Shown here: piece after piece, positions 24,739 to 36,561 of the stretch
Position numbering within the stretch: position 1 is the first letter of the stretch
Layout: every line of letters starts with the position of its first letter
Origin: Octopus vulgaris
Taxonomy: Eukaryota
DNA: 64,000 nucleotides
Assembly (NCBI GenBank): GCA_951406725.2
Contig: OX597815.1
Location: 93,806,001 to 93,870,000, forward strand
Direction: 5' to 3'
Made by a program: the position numbers and the translations under genes
The notes under the pieces: generated by a model
Seen by the model: the letters and a program-made list of their open reading frames with translations, nothing else
What the model was told of the DNA's origin: nothing
The model's database searches: none

Positions 24739-24929
24739 TCTTATATAAAACATGTACGGTTTTCATGTTATATTAAATATATGTACATTTATGTATTGGA
24801 TATATTAGCATATCACATAGTGTTTATATGAAATTACAAGATGCCTGTCATCACTTCCACCTTCCAGTTTCTATTGCAGTATACTTTTGTAGCATAGATT
24901 CGGGTGAAATTCCTCTCTCTCATTATATA

Positions 24930-25293
24930 CTAGCACTATGACCCGGCAACGCCGGGTCATACTTCTAGTGCATGCATATACAGCTGCATGCGTGCGCACA
25001 TACACGCGAGTACTGTCCAAATCTCCAACCAATCACATACAGCTAGCTGGCATTCAATTGGCATATCAAGTTTCGGGCATTTTGATTGGGTTTTGGATAG
25101 AAAATTCACAAAAATGTAACTTCTATTGATTTTTTAATGGCTTTGTGAGGTGACTGGGGAAATGTAAAGATGTGCACGACCACCCTTGGACGGTTTTGAA
25201 TGACCATAGAAAATGTGAGTCCTCTAACTGAAAACTTTTTGATTTGTATAAAGGACACACACACAGACATTTTGCCATTTATATATATAGAGA
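24930..25293 (-). mobile_element. Non-autonomous Helitron (second family)
   Basis: Minus strand reads A|TCTCTATATATATAAA ... GACCCGGCGTTGCCGGGTC hairpin ... CTAG|T. Confidence 0.8.
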
Positions 25294-26559
25294 TATGTGC
25301 ATTTGAACATAGCAGGGAATAACTAGCCTTTCACTGCTATTTGGATCCCGTTATGTCCACTACTCTGATTGGTTGGTATTGGCACAATTTGTCTCTTACT
25401 CTGTCGCACGAACTTGCCATGTATAACCAGTCGGAGGCCCTAAGTAGTATCACACGGGACAGTCTGTTTACCACCCTGTTTGAGCCTACAGCTTCTTGTA
25501 AAACTCAGCTTTTCCTCATTCTGAGGTCTTTGGTTCCAGATCTTTTAAGGTCTAGCCACTGACCACAAAGACACAGCTAGTTCCAGTGACAATGCCAGAC
25601 AACACTACAACCACAGCAGCTACATTGAGACTCACCAACTTCGTCCAACAGCATTGCGGCAACCTCCATTTTCATCGCTACCATCGTGTCCTTAACATCG
25701 TCAACATCTCTCTTCGTACACAGCTCAGCAAGCAATTCACCCAGGTTCCAACAGCTCACTGTTCAGAAATTGTTTCACTCTGGATCAACAGCGAACATAC
25801 AACCTGCATGAACTTCTGTATCAAGTGACCCAGGCAGCAGCATTACAGCCACGACTTCCCATATGACATGTACCTGTAACCAGCTCATTACAAGTAGTTG
25901 TAATGGCCACAACTTCTTGATACAGTATTTCAACTACTATGTAGTATTGACTGCAAACTGGTAGTATTTTTCTTGTGTCTATGAACTTCTCACTTCGATG
26001 GCTATAGACTCTTTCACTTGTAACAGGATCTGGAATCGGTATCACTGATCCGATCCCGCCACATTCAATTTAGTTAGATATAACAGACGAAGTCAGGTTA
26101 TCTGGGAAAGACAGCAGTGTTGTTTATTATTCGTGATGGTGTACGTATTTCTGAGGGGAAACGACAGCTGAATCTGTTGTACAGCTTCTTGTTGGTTGGT
26201 TGAAGTGATTCGATGTCGTCCGCGGCTAAGTCAGTATAGTTATCAGAGACTACCAAATGCACATCTGTTCACGAGGGCTGAAATGGCCAGAGAGAGTGAT
26301 CAAGTTTACTGTTCCTTAGGGGTCGGTTTCCCGCACATGCGCATGGGGAAGACTTCCGGTGGCCACCCGGAAGTAGTCCCATTCTGCGCATGCGCGCTGA
26401 ACCTTACACAGTAGCATCACTACATGGCCCCCCCCCTCGAGTGCAGAAGTACGAAAACAAGAAAATTTGTAGTGGTGCTGCAGAAAAACAGATGGCTTGC
26501 CGATCCCCCAGAAGATTTGGTACATAATATCATACAAATATAAGAAATTTGAAAGAAAG

Positions 26560-29500
26560 TTAAATATAAATTGTCTTTGAAAGTTTCTTGGGCCAATGCA
26601 CTGTTCTGCCCGATCTTGTAATATACGGTGTGCTCGGGGCACCCATTGACGGCGAAGGTGGTGTTGTAGGAGCCGGTGAAGGCAAAGGTGTCTGTGCAAG
26701 TGAAGGTGTTTGTGCAGGTGAAGGTGTTGTTAAAGGTGCATAGGTGGGTGTGGCAAGGTTGTCATCAAAAGATGAAGACGTCTCAAAGTATGCTTTCTTC
26801 AGTCGGTCCACGAAAAAGGTCTCTGAATGACCATTTATTTCAATGGTGAAAACCTTAGGTGTGCGAGAAAGCACACGGAAAGGTCCTTTATAGGGAGAAA
26901 CAAGTGGTCCCTTGACAGAGTCGTCCCGAACAAAAACATGCGACCAAGTGTCCATATCCGGTGGGAGATGGGATGGTGGAGATTGTTTCCTGGGAACGAT
27001 GGGTGGAAGATTCGAGAAATATGAACGCAGTCTGGCGACATAGGTCGCCGGATCATGGGGCTGGGAAGTGTCTGGCACCAACATCGTACCAGGCAATGCC
27101 AGTGTGGTACCATACAGCAGCTCTGCAGAAGAAAACCCCAGGTCTGCCTTGACAGCAGTCCGACAACCGAGAAGCACAATTGGCAGAAATTCAATCCAGG
27201 ACTGTGGATCTGAAGAGGCATGAAGAGCGGCCTTGAGCTGTCTATGGAACCGTTCAACTAATCCATTAGACGCTGGATGATAGCTGGTAGTGTGGATATG
27301 ATGCACACCTAAAATGCGCGACAATTCGCGAAATAGCGAAGCTTCAAACTGACGTCCACGATCAGTAGTCAATCTGGACGGGACTCCGAAACGGGAAATC
27401 CAGTTTGAAACGAAGGCTCGCGCAACAGTCTCAGCAGAAATGTCTGCTATCAGAATGGCTTCTGGCCAGCGGGAGAAACGATCGACACAAGTTAACAGAT
27501 AAGAAAACCCGCGACTCACAGCCATGGTCCAACCAGATCGATGTGGACATGGCGAAAACGGGCCTCCGTAGGGGGAAAATGTCCAAGCGGGGCACGAACG
27601 TGCCGTTGAATCTTGGACCGTTGACACTTGGAGCAGGTGCGTGTCCAAGAAGTAATAGTGCGACGCATATTCGGCCAGAAAAACCGAGCAGTGGTTAGCT
27701 TATGGGTGGCAGCGATGCCAGGATGTGATAAGGAATGCAGTGCTTCAAACACTGAGCGTTGATGATTCTCAGGCACGAGTGGCCTGGGAGAACCAGTGGA
27801 AGTATCACAAAGAATGGTGCCTTCGGCTGACGGAAGCGGAAGGTAGGAAAACTGGCAACAGGAGAACTTGGGAGAAGTTAAGTCTAACGACGCCAAAGGT
27901 GACTGCTCCTGCGAGATGGCAGTTAAGTCGATAGCAGCAGGAGACGAAAGGGCGCAGACTGGAAGGCAAGAGAGAGCGTCAGCGGGAACGTTCTCTTTTC
28001 TAGGTATGTGTCGAATGTTACTAGTGAATTGAGAGATAAAATCCAGGTGCCGGAAAGCACGAGGTGAGAGTTTGTCCGTTTTTGAACACAGGGCAAACGT
28101 AAGGGGCTTGTGATCCGTATAGATCACAAAATCTCGCCCTTCAAGTTGATGCTGGAAATGACGAACCGATCGCTAGGAGCTCACGATCAAAGGTGCTGTA
28201 TCGTCGTTCAGCTGGTTGCAGTTGGCGGGAAAAGAAAGCCAGAGGTCGAATATGTTCATCCACTGTGTGTTGTAACACAGCGCCAATCGCAGTGTCCGAT
28301 GCATCTACAGTCAAAGAGAGAGAAGCACCAGGAACCGGATGTGCAAGCAAAGAAACAGAAGCCAGCTCCTTCTTAATGGACTCAAAGGCTGTCAGTGCCT
28401 CAACAGAGAGGGTGACTTGACCGTCCTTTCTAGGAGTGTCCTTTAATAGCCTAGTGAGAGGAAGTAGCTTATCTGCACAACCGGGAATAACGTCTGTAGA
28501 AATTGATCATCCCTAGATAATGCCTGAGCTGGCGCAAGGAAGTGGGGGGTGCGATGCGTTGAATGGCATCGACATTTGACGACAGAGGGCTGGTTCCACT
28601 TGAATCAATATGATGGCCTAGAAAATCTAGGGAAGAGCGTCCGAAAACACACTTGTCGGGATTTATACGTATACTATAACCGCGAAGACGCTGAAAAAGC
28701 TGAGAAAGGTGCTGGAGATGATTTTCACGTGTGTCGCTCGCAATGAGTATATCATCGACATAGGCAAACACAAAATCAAGACCGCAGACAACCTCATCAA
28801 TGAAACGCTGGAAAGTGCTAGTAGCATTCCGCAATCCGAAACTCATATACAAAAACTCAAAACACCCAAAAGGGGTAGTGATCGCAGTTTTCGGAACGTC
28901 GGCTGGGTTGACCGGTATTTGATGGTACGCGCGTATAAGGTCGACCTTCGAAAAAATGGTACAACCATGGAGATTTGCCGTAAAGTCCTGTAGATTTCTG
29001 ATTGGATATCTGTCGGCTATTGTTACGGCATTGAAGCGTCGATAGTCTCCTACCGGGCGAAAATCAGACTCGCCCTTTCATGCCAAATGAAGGGGAGACG
29101 CCCATGGGCTGGTGGAGGGGCGTATAAGGCCAAGTTGAAGCATGTGCTCAAACTCGGCCCTAGCCGTTTTTAGTCGGTCAGGCGCAAGGCGCCGTGGGCG
29201 CGAAAATACAGGCGGCCCAGTGGTGGTGATAAAATGGAGGGTCGAGTGGGTAGGCTTTTTCGGTTGAAAGGCAATGTCCACTAGCTCCGGAAATGAAGCC
29301 AAAAGAGAGTGAAAAGCGTCTCCAGAGGTGGCAACAAAGAATGTCGGGCTAAGGACCGCATTGGTGGAACTCCCAGTCGGCGTAGAGAGCGACGTCGTGC
29401 TATCAAGAAGCCTCCGACGCCTGACATCCACCAATAGATTAAACCTATCCAAGAAATCAGCGCCGAGAATAGGATGCGGGATGTCAGCGATGACGAAAAC

Positions 29501-29800
29501 CCATTGAAAATCTCGACAAAGGTTGATGTCGAGGCGCAGCGAAATCTGACCGAAGGTGGTTATGGGAGACGAGTCAATGGCATGCAAGACAATTGAAGAG
29601 CGCTTGGGCTTGTCTGCAGTCAGACGAAGGGGCCAGATGCTGCAACAAGAGCCGGTGTCCACCATGAAGAATTTCTTCGACACCAGATCTTTTACAAAGA
29701 ATGCACGATTTTTGGGAAACGAGAAGGAAGAAGGTGACGTGCTCACCTCCTCCGGATTTAGCTTCCCGAGGGCTGAAAAGTGCACAGCTGGGTACACCAT
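26560..29800 (-). pseudogene. pol: pol (PR-RT-RNaseH-IN) of the CsRn1-like element, frameshifted
   Basis: Protease FMVDTGS; RT FGLRNA, YVDD; RNase H VDASD, RYSTFDRELLA, YTDHKPL; integrase [30 protein letters not shown]; GPY/F-like PYKGPF. Confidence 0.93.
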
Positions 29801-30449
29801 TCTGCCTTTTCGGCAGAGCCACTGTGACTACGACTGCGTGGTCGGCGCCCGATCGCACGGCACAGATCATCGATTCGCCACGTGAGCGTATCGAGCCACT
29901 CGGCTAGTGAATTTTGCGTCGGAGAAACTGTCGGGGGGGGGGGGGCTCTGTACATGCGCACAGGCCTCGCGATGGAGATGGTTTCGGAAATTCCAATATT
30001 TTATCGGCCATCGTGGCAATCTGGTCTACTGACACAGACACCAGTACCGTGGCCAACATTGTCTGCATGTGGGCAGGCAACCTGGAGAAGAAAATCCTCT
30101 GTAAGAGCGGAGCGTCCGCTGCGTTGCCGCTTGGCTCCCTTAGGTGGCGCAGGAACTGGGATGGAGTCCTGTCCCCCAACTGTTCGTCGGCTATCAGCTC
30201 ATTGAATTGACTCTCCTCCGACCGCGTGTTGCGGCGGAGGATTTCGGCCTTTACTGACGCGTATGTGGCGTCAGGGTGGGGACTCATTATGAGATCCCTG
30301 ACCGATGTGGCAAGTTGGGAAGGCAAACTCGAATATAGCAGATGCAACTGCTGCTGTGGAGGAATGGCATGTGCGGCAAAATGCGACTCCACCTGGGCAA
30401 GCCACAGACCTGCATCCCCTGTGAATGAAGGCAAACCTGATGCAGCCAT
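29758..30449 (-). pseudogene. gag: gag of the CsRn1-like element
   Basis: LPSFTGDAGLWLAQVESHF...LGDRTPSQFLRHL...ATMADKI, typical of CsRn1/Kabuki-type Gag. Frameshift at a homopolymer run near 29940. Confidence 0.85.
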
Positions 30450-33400
30450 GTTTGTCCGAAGAATCGCCTGTCAGAAAGGGGCAGAAGGTATGAACGAGAA
30501 GTGGAGAACACGTGGAACCAACAAAGCAAATCAAAAATCGTGTTTTGTGTACTGGTGTGTGTGTGTGTGTGCACAAAGGAAAAACAAAAGGTACAGAAAA
30601 GAAAAAAAAATAATGTGTGTGTTTCTTTTTTTTTTCTTTTTTTTTTCAGTGTACTGAGTGCGATGAATAAAACTTTTGTTTGTACGCACCTTCGCCGTCC
30701 TGAAAAGAAAAATGAAAGTGAAAACTGAGTGTTCAGTGCTCTAACTAGCAAAACCTGTTTGCTGCGTCTTCTGTTCTTTTTTTTTTTTTTTTGTACTTGG
30801 GGTCACCAATTGTAACAGGATCTAGAATCGGTATCACTGAAGGGGTATCCAATCCGATCCCGTCACATTCAATTTAGTTAGATATAACAGACGAAGTCAG
30901 GTTATCTGGGAAAGACAGCAGTGTTGTTTATTATTCGTGATGGTGTGCGTATTTTCTGAGGGGAAACGACAGCCGAATCTGTTGTACAGCTTCTTGTTGG
31001 TTGGTTGAAGTGATTCGATGTCGTCCACGGCTAAGTCGATATAGTTATCAGAGACTACCAAATGCACGTCTGTTCACGAGGGCTGAAATGGCCAGAGAGA
31101 GTGATCGAGTTTACTGTTCCTTAGGGGTCAGTTTCCTGCACATGCGCATGGGGAAGACTTCCGGTGGCTGAACCTTACACAGTAGCATCACTACACATTA
31201 TCTCCTTCTTCATTGCCATCCTTATATGTTCTTAACATGTGCATACATCTATGGTCACAGACACACACATACATCTTGTTCTCATGACAGCCTGTCTATT
31301 ATTCTGTATACATGATGCACACACATAATAACATATCAATAAATCTTCTCTTAATAATTCTATGCAGTTGTGTCTCTTTTTCCTTCTTGCACTTATGTGT
31401 TCTATTAATTCTTCTTTATTGTAATGGCTGTGTGATGTGGTATGAAAGAACCAGTTTCATCACCTTACATTGCACAACCCTTACACTTTCATTTTCTAAG
31501 AATTTACTGCGACTATTTTGCAACAGTAAATTGCATGTTAACCTTCTTTCTCTAATTCCTCCTATAGATTCAGTGGTATGTCTCTGCATGTGGTGATCGC
31601 TCAAATTTTTGCCATAGCATGTACTAGCCATCCCAACAATAAACCCATCTTCAATATAATAACTTCTAAATTAAATAAGTCAAAGAGCTTAGGTAATAAA
31701 ATTTGAGAACAACACATCCTCAATCCACCATTCTAAAGTTAATATAGAGAGTTTGTAGATTGATGAGGTTTTTACAAACTAATCATAATTGATCTAGAGA
31801 AGTATTCTAAAAAGAAACATGATGGTTGATACAAAAAGAAAAAAAGTTTCTTCATATAAAAAACAATAATGTACTAGCTAGACGCTAACTATGCTGGGGC
31901 AAGTTTTTGAATGGTACAAATCAACAGAAAAATTGTGTTTTTAAAGAAACAAGACAAAATGAAACAAAAACACTTCTCAATAAATATTGAAGGAAGAAAA
32001 AAATTAGGGGAAACCTCACCTTGGCCAAATTCTTGCAAGACTGAACAGAGAAAATGATATAATATAGAAACCTCCAAAACCTCGTAACAAGTTCAAAAGT
32101 TCTGAACTAAATAAAGTCTTTTAAAAATAAAATAATAAAACAAGAGGCAATGTCAATTGTAGAATATGGAATAAACATAAAGAAACAAACTGCTACATCA
32201 CAGTTGCCTAGATTTTGCAAAATCAGAATATATCCAGAGATAACCTCTTTGGTAGATATATCTATTGAGCAATAAAGGTGACACTTCAACAGGAAAACTA
32301 AAAATAAATATTCTAAGCACTTGAACCTAGTGACAATGACTTGACTGCAATAATCTGAGAGGATGAGATTAAAGCAAATCAAGCTGATATCATTATCAAA
32401 ATAAAGAGAGATAAGCATACTGGTAGATATAGTGATCTTTTTCAATCAAAACATCACTCGTGGATGATGTCAAAAATAAGCAAGAATTAGGGCCCATGGA
32501 AATGAATTATTATACTTGAGTTTACAATTTTGTATATCTGAGAGTTAAGTAGGGAGCCTTCAAGTGGTGACTTTACTCACTAAAAGTAGCAGCCAAATCT
32601 TACACTGTATCATCTTTAATAGTTATTTCTGATTTAAGTACAAAGCTTGCACTTTCTTTAGGGGTAGGGGTAGAAAGGATGAAAGCAAAGTTGACTTCAG
32701 AGGTATTAGAATTCAGAATGCAAAGAGCTGAAAAATACAGCAAAATATTTTGACTGATGCCTTAACAATTCCTCAAATCCACTACCCTTTTATCATCTTT
32801 AATAATTCTTTCTACTATAGGCATTTAGTGGGAGCGATCACTAATTTAAAGTATGAAAGTGTTCGTGAAAAGTTCATTAAATGCACTTTTGAGAAGCGTG
32901 TGTAAATGAATATTAATAGGCAGTTTTTAAACGAAACATTGTAATTTTATCAAAATAAGAATGAGAGCTGACAAGTAGCAAGATGTGTAGCCTGTATGTG
33001 TATGTGAGTCAGGTGAAGCATTATAACTTACTTTTAAACAAAATGATTCTGTTAGAAGCTGTTATAAGCTAATAGGAATGAAGATAGTTTAAACAAAAAT
33101 ATACTGTTCATTATGAGGCAGAGTTGTGGCTGATATCATCCAGACTTTTGAGGAGCAAAGTTAACATAAATGAACTAGGTTGTTCAGGAGGTGATAAGTC
33201 AAGAGCCGAAATAACTCCAAGTCAGCTGCTTGAAGTTGGTGGTGAAAAACCAAATGCTGTTTTATGTTGAAATAAGAAATGTTGCTGCTGTGCAGTCCTT
33301 TCACCAACTGCTTAAAACTCCCGCTTCTCTACTTGTGCAGAGACCGGCTCTTTGTATTCCTACATATCCAGCCCTGATTGGCTGGAGTATGGCATAGTAC

Positions 33401-33596
33401 AACTGTGCTGTGCTGCGGCAACACAAATAGCTTTCCTGACTCACTACATGACATCTTTTTAGGAGAAAGATTAAGTCTATCACATCGATTCCTAAAGGAT
33501 GGAAGACAAAGTCAAACTACAGACGGATGAAATGCCACAAAGCATTTAGTCCGGTGTTCTAACGATTCTATCAGCTCAAATCAATAATAAATTTAA

Positions 33597-33810
33597 GGCA
33601 GTGAGCTGGCAGACTTGTTAGCATGCCAAACAAAATGTTGAGCAGCATTTCATCGTCGTTACATTTTGAGTTTAAATTCCGCTGGGTCAACTTTGTATTT
33701 CATCCTTTGGGGCCAATAAAATAAGTACCAGTTGAATCCTGGAGTCGAGTAATTGACTATTCCCCTGCCACCATCACCACCAAAAAAATTCAGACCTTGT
33801 GCCTGTAATA
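33597..33810 (+). mobile_element. CORE-type SINE remnant
   Basis: AAGGCAGTGAGCTGGCAGA...TTTCATCCTTTGGGGCCAATAAAATAAGTACCAG. Inverted related fragments near 32650-32780 and 63200-63320. Confidence 0.6.
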
Positions 33811-33886
33811 AAGAATAATGAATGTTGTATTAAACTTTTCAATGGTGCATCCTCGCAATTATATATAGTTTTTATATTTAAAAAAT

Positions 33887-34944
33887 GGATCTTTTCGGTT
33901 TGAACGGCAGTTTTTAAAAATAAATTCTACGTAACTAAACACTTTTAAACTTCGTATACTGGTAGAATGTGTTTATAAAACATCTTTTCTCTTGGCTTTA
34001 TTGAGAAAATTCAGATGTTTTCCTTTTGAACGGCACATGTCAACACAATTTCTAGTTAACTAAACACTTTTAAACTTCGTAGACTGGTAGAATGTGTTTA
34101 TAAAACATCATTTTTTCTTGGCTTTATTGAGAAAATTCTATATGTTGTAACATATTTCCACTTTAATTTCAAGCATTTCGGCAATTTTAACCAATCGCTG
34201 ACCTCCATTTGGGGTGAAGACATTCCGTGCTGTATGAATATGTCCCTCGTTTAAGAAACAGATTGGGTTTATTTACATTTGCGAAGAAAAAAAGATACCC
34301 ATCCCCAACCCCTAGCCCTAACCCTAAATCTAAAATAGATTGAAATGCAATAGATCGATACTAGGGTTATAATTATGGGTGACAATTTCATACGACACCG
34401 CTACGGAAAATGGAATTTTTTTCTAGTGGTCAAATGAAAATGTCACCCATAATTATACCCAAATGGAGGTCAGCAATTGGTTAAAATTGCCGAAATGCTC
34501 GAAATTTCAGACGAAATATCTTACAAACTATAGAATTTTCTTAATAAAGCCAAGAAAAAATGATGTTTTATAAACACATTCTACTAGTATACGAAGTTTA
34601 AAAGTGTTTAGTTAACTAGAAATTGTATTGACATGTGCCGTTCAAAAGGAAAAGACCCGAAAATTCTATAGTTTGTAAAATATTTGTTGTTTTTTTTCTG
34701 CAATTTCAACCAATCAATGACGTCTAACTCATGTTTTCACATGAGGTGAAAACATTCTGTGCCCTATGAATATGTCCCTCGTTTAAGAAACAGATTGGGT
34801 TTACTTACATTTCTGAAGAAAAAAAGATACCCTTCCCCCCAACCCTAAAACAGATTGAAATGCAATAGATCGATACTAGGGTCATAATTATGGGCGACAA
34901 TGTCATATGACATGAAAAAACTGCCGTTCAAACCGAAAAGATCC
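33887..34944. mobile_element. Non-autonomous DNA transposon (TIR GGATCTTTTCGGTTTGAACGGCAG), possibly Merlin-type
   Basis: Perfect terminal inverted repeats at 33887 and 34944. No clear TSD for this outer element. Confidence 0.8.
34013..34658. mobile_element. Nested related MITE with ~200-bp TIRs and 8-bp TSD
   Basis: GAAAATTC duplicated at 34005-34012 and 34659-34666. TIR core TTTTCCTTTTGAACGGCACATGTCAA. Confidence 0.85.
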
Positions 34945-35192
34945 ATCAAATATATTGTCTGGAAGTCTTTAGTCCAAATAATTAATGACTATGTCTTCTA
35001 TTTTAAACTATACACTTCACAAGGGGTACGCCAAAACAGCCGAACATGATGAAGGATATGTAGGAAGGAAAAGTTTGATAATCCCAGCATTAGCCAATAT
35101 AATTCCTGATATGAAACACACGCTCACACGAGAAAAAGGAAGGCCACAATGGCTGGAATTCCCTTGGTGTTAGGTCTGTTCGACCAACGATG

Positions 35193-35253
35193 ACTTGCAC
35201 TAAACAACTTTACGTATAATATTTTATTATACGTAAAGTTGTTTAGTGCAAGT
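35193..35253. repeat. Perfect 28-29-bp-arm hairpin
   Basis: ACTTGCACTAAACAACTTTACGTATAAT-ATTTT-ATTATACGTAAAGTTGTTTAGTGCAAGT. Confidence 0.95.
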
Positions 35254-35458
35254 AACCCAATTATGTATATTACAGAATTCACAAAGTGCATATCCTACAT
35301 ATTAACCTTTTGATAAAATAACCCTTCTGACACAGCGTATATCTGCAACTTGTTTTCTATTAATAATGGTTTCTAAATTTAGGAACAAGACCTGCAATTT
35401 CGAGGGGACGGAGTTAGTCGATAAAATCAACCTAGGTACTTGAGTACTGTGTGTGTAT

Positions 35459-35489
<31 letters not shown>

Positions 35490-35893
35490 CACATTGTATG
35501 TGCATAAACACCCACACAGGTACCCAATGACAGAATTAGTGTTGTACAAATGCCTTGGAGTATTTTTACAGTACTTTGCGTTGCAAATTCAAGTAACTTT
35601 GCTTTTCGAGTTCCGGGTATGGGTAAAGAACCATTCAAGTACTGGAGAAATTCCTTCTTTTTCTCACCTACTCAGAATGGACTAGTGTGAGATGCGCATG
35701 TAAGGCAACTCGCAGTATTCAGTCTCTAAGAAAAGGAGATGGATTAAGCAAAAGGTTATAAACCGCATACTACAATTAACTATATATATATATATATAAG
35801 GTTAATCCAAACGGGAAAACAGAAAAAACAACAACACGTGGAACAGTTACAGTATTATTATTATTAGGCGCTCAGGAAAATGGAAGAAGGAGG

Positions 35894-35928
35894 GTATGAC
35901 GTTTCGAGCGGAGCTCTTCGTCGGAAAC
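35894..35928 (-). ncRNA. Minimal hammerhead-like motif (Penelope terminal-repeat type) with variant core
   Basis: Minus strand reads GTTT-CCGACGA-A-GAGC-TCC-GCTC-GAAAC-GTC-ATAC. Confidence 0.45.
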
Positions 35929-36471
35929 ATAGGAGAAAGAAAGATCCCGAGACGGGAGGACAGAGGAAAAAAAATTGCAGGTAGTCTTCACGAGGTCACA
36001 TACTAAAAAAAATATATATAAAACCCAAAAAACTAAAGACAAGGCATGGACTAGCACGTTTTGGGTGGCGCGAAACGATATCAAGTAATCTCTGTATGAG
36101 TACATCTATATGTGCGCTTTTGAACGAGAGTGTGTGTGTCTGTGCGTTATATAATTGCTACTTTTAAACTAAAGATACCTTATCGCCCCTCATACCTCAC
36201 TCCATAGATTTAACTGTCCAATTCAGCTGTCAGTACAAACAATATTATATCACGAGACACCTTTCCTTGTCTCATTACAACTGGCTTAATTTTATATCTA
36301 TGCATGTACACACACACACACGCACACATACACGCACACAAACATTCAGCCAGTAGAATCATTCGCTGGCAAACTAAGCTGTAAGTTATTAACGAAAGCT
36401 GTCGCCTTTCTATTAAATCGTGATTTCCAACTTTTCTCCATACCAGTGGCTCATTGTCAGTTCATCTCTTC

Positions 36472-36561
36472 ATGATGACTAACAAAGGAAAACCTATTTT
36501 ACCTAAAAATGGAGAGAAGAGCGAGAAAAAGAAGGAAAATATAGTCTTCGCAAACGGACAG
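36472..36561 (+). CDS. Candidate first coding exon of an unidentified gene
   Basis: ATG-initiated 30 codons, MMTNKGKPILPKNGEKSEKKKENIVFANGQ, ending at CAG|GTAAAC. Non-repetitive, CpG-retaining region. No homology recognised and no downstream exon found. Confidence 0.35.

Larger units (their letters stand above)
26019..31195 (-). mobile_element. Ty3/Gypsy LTR retrotransposon, CsRn1-like lineage, defective
   Basis: LTRs at 26019-26424 and 30811-31195 (TGTAGTG...GTTACA on minus). PBS TGGTGACCCC (tRNA-Trp type) at 30799-30808. G-rich PPT at ~26425-26440. Probable 4-bp TSD CACT/CATT with 1 mismatch. Confidence 0.95.

Noticed and set aside
34300-34335. CCCTAA telomere-like repeats
   Set aside because: Only a few degenerate units internal to a MITE, not an interstitial telomere.
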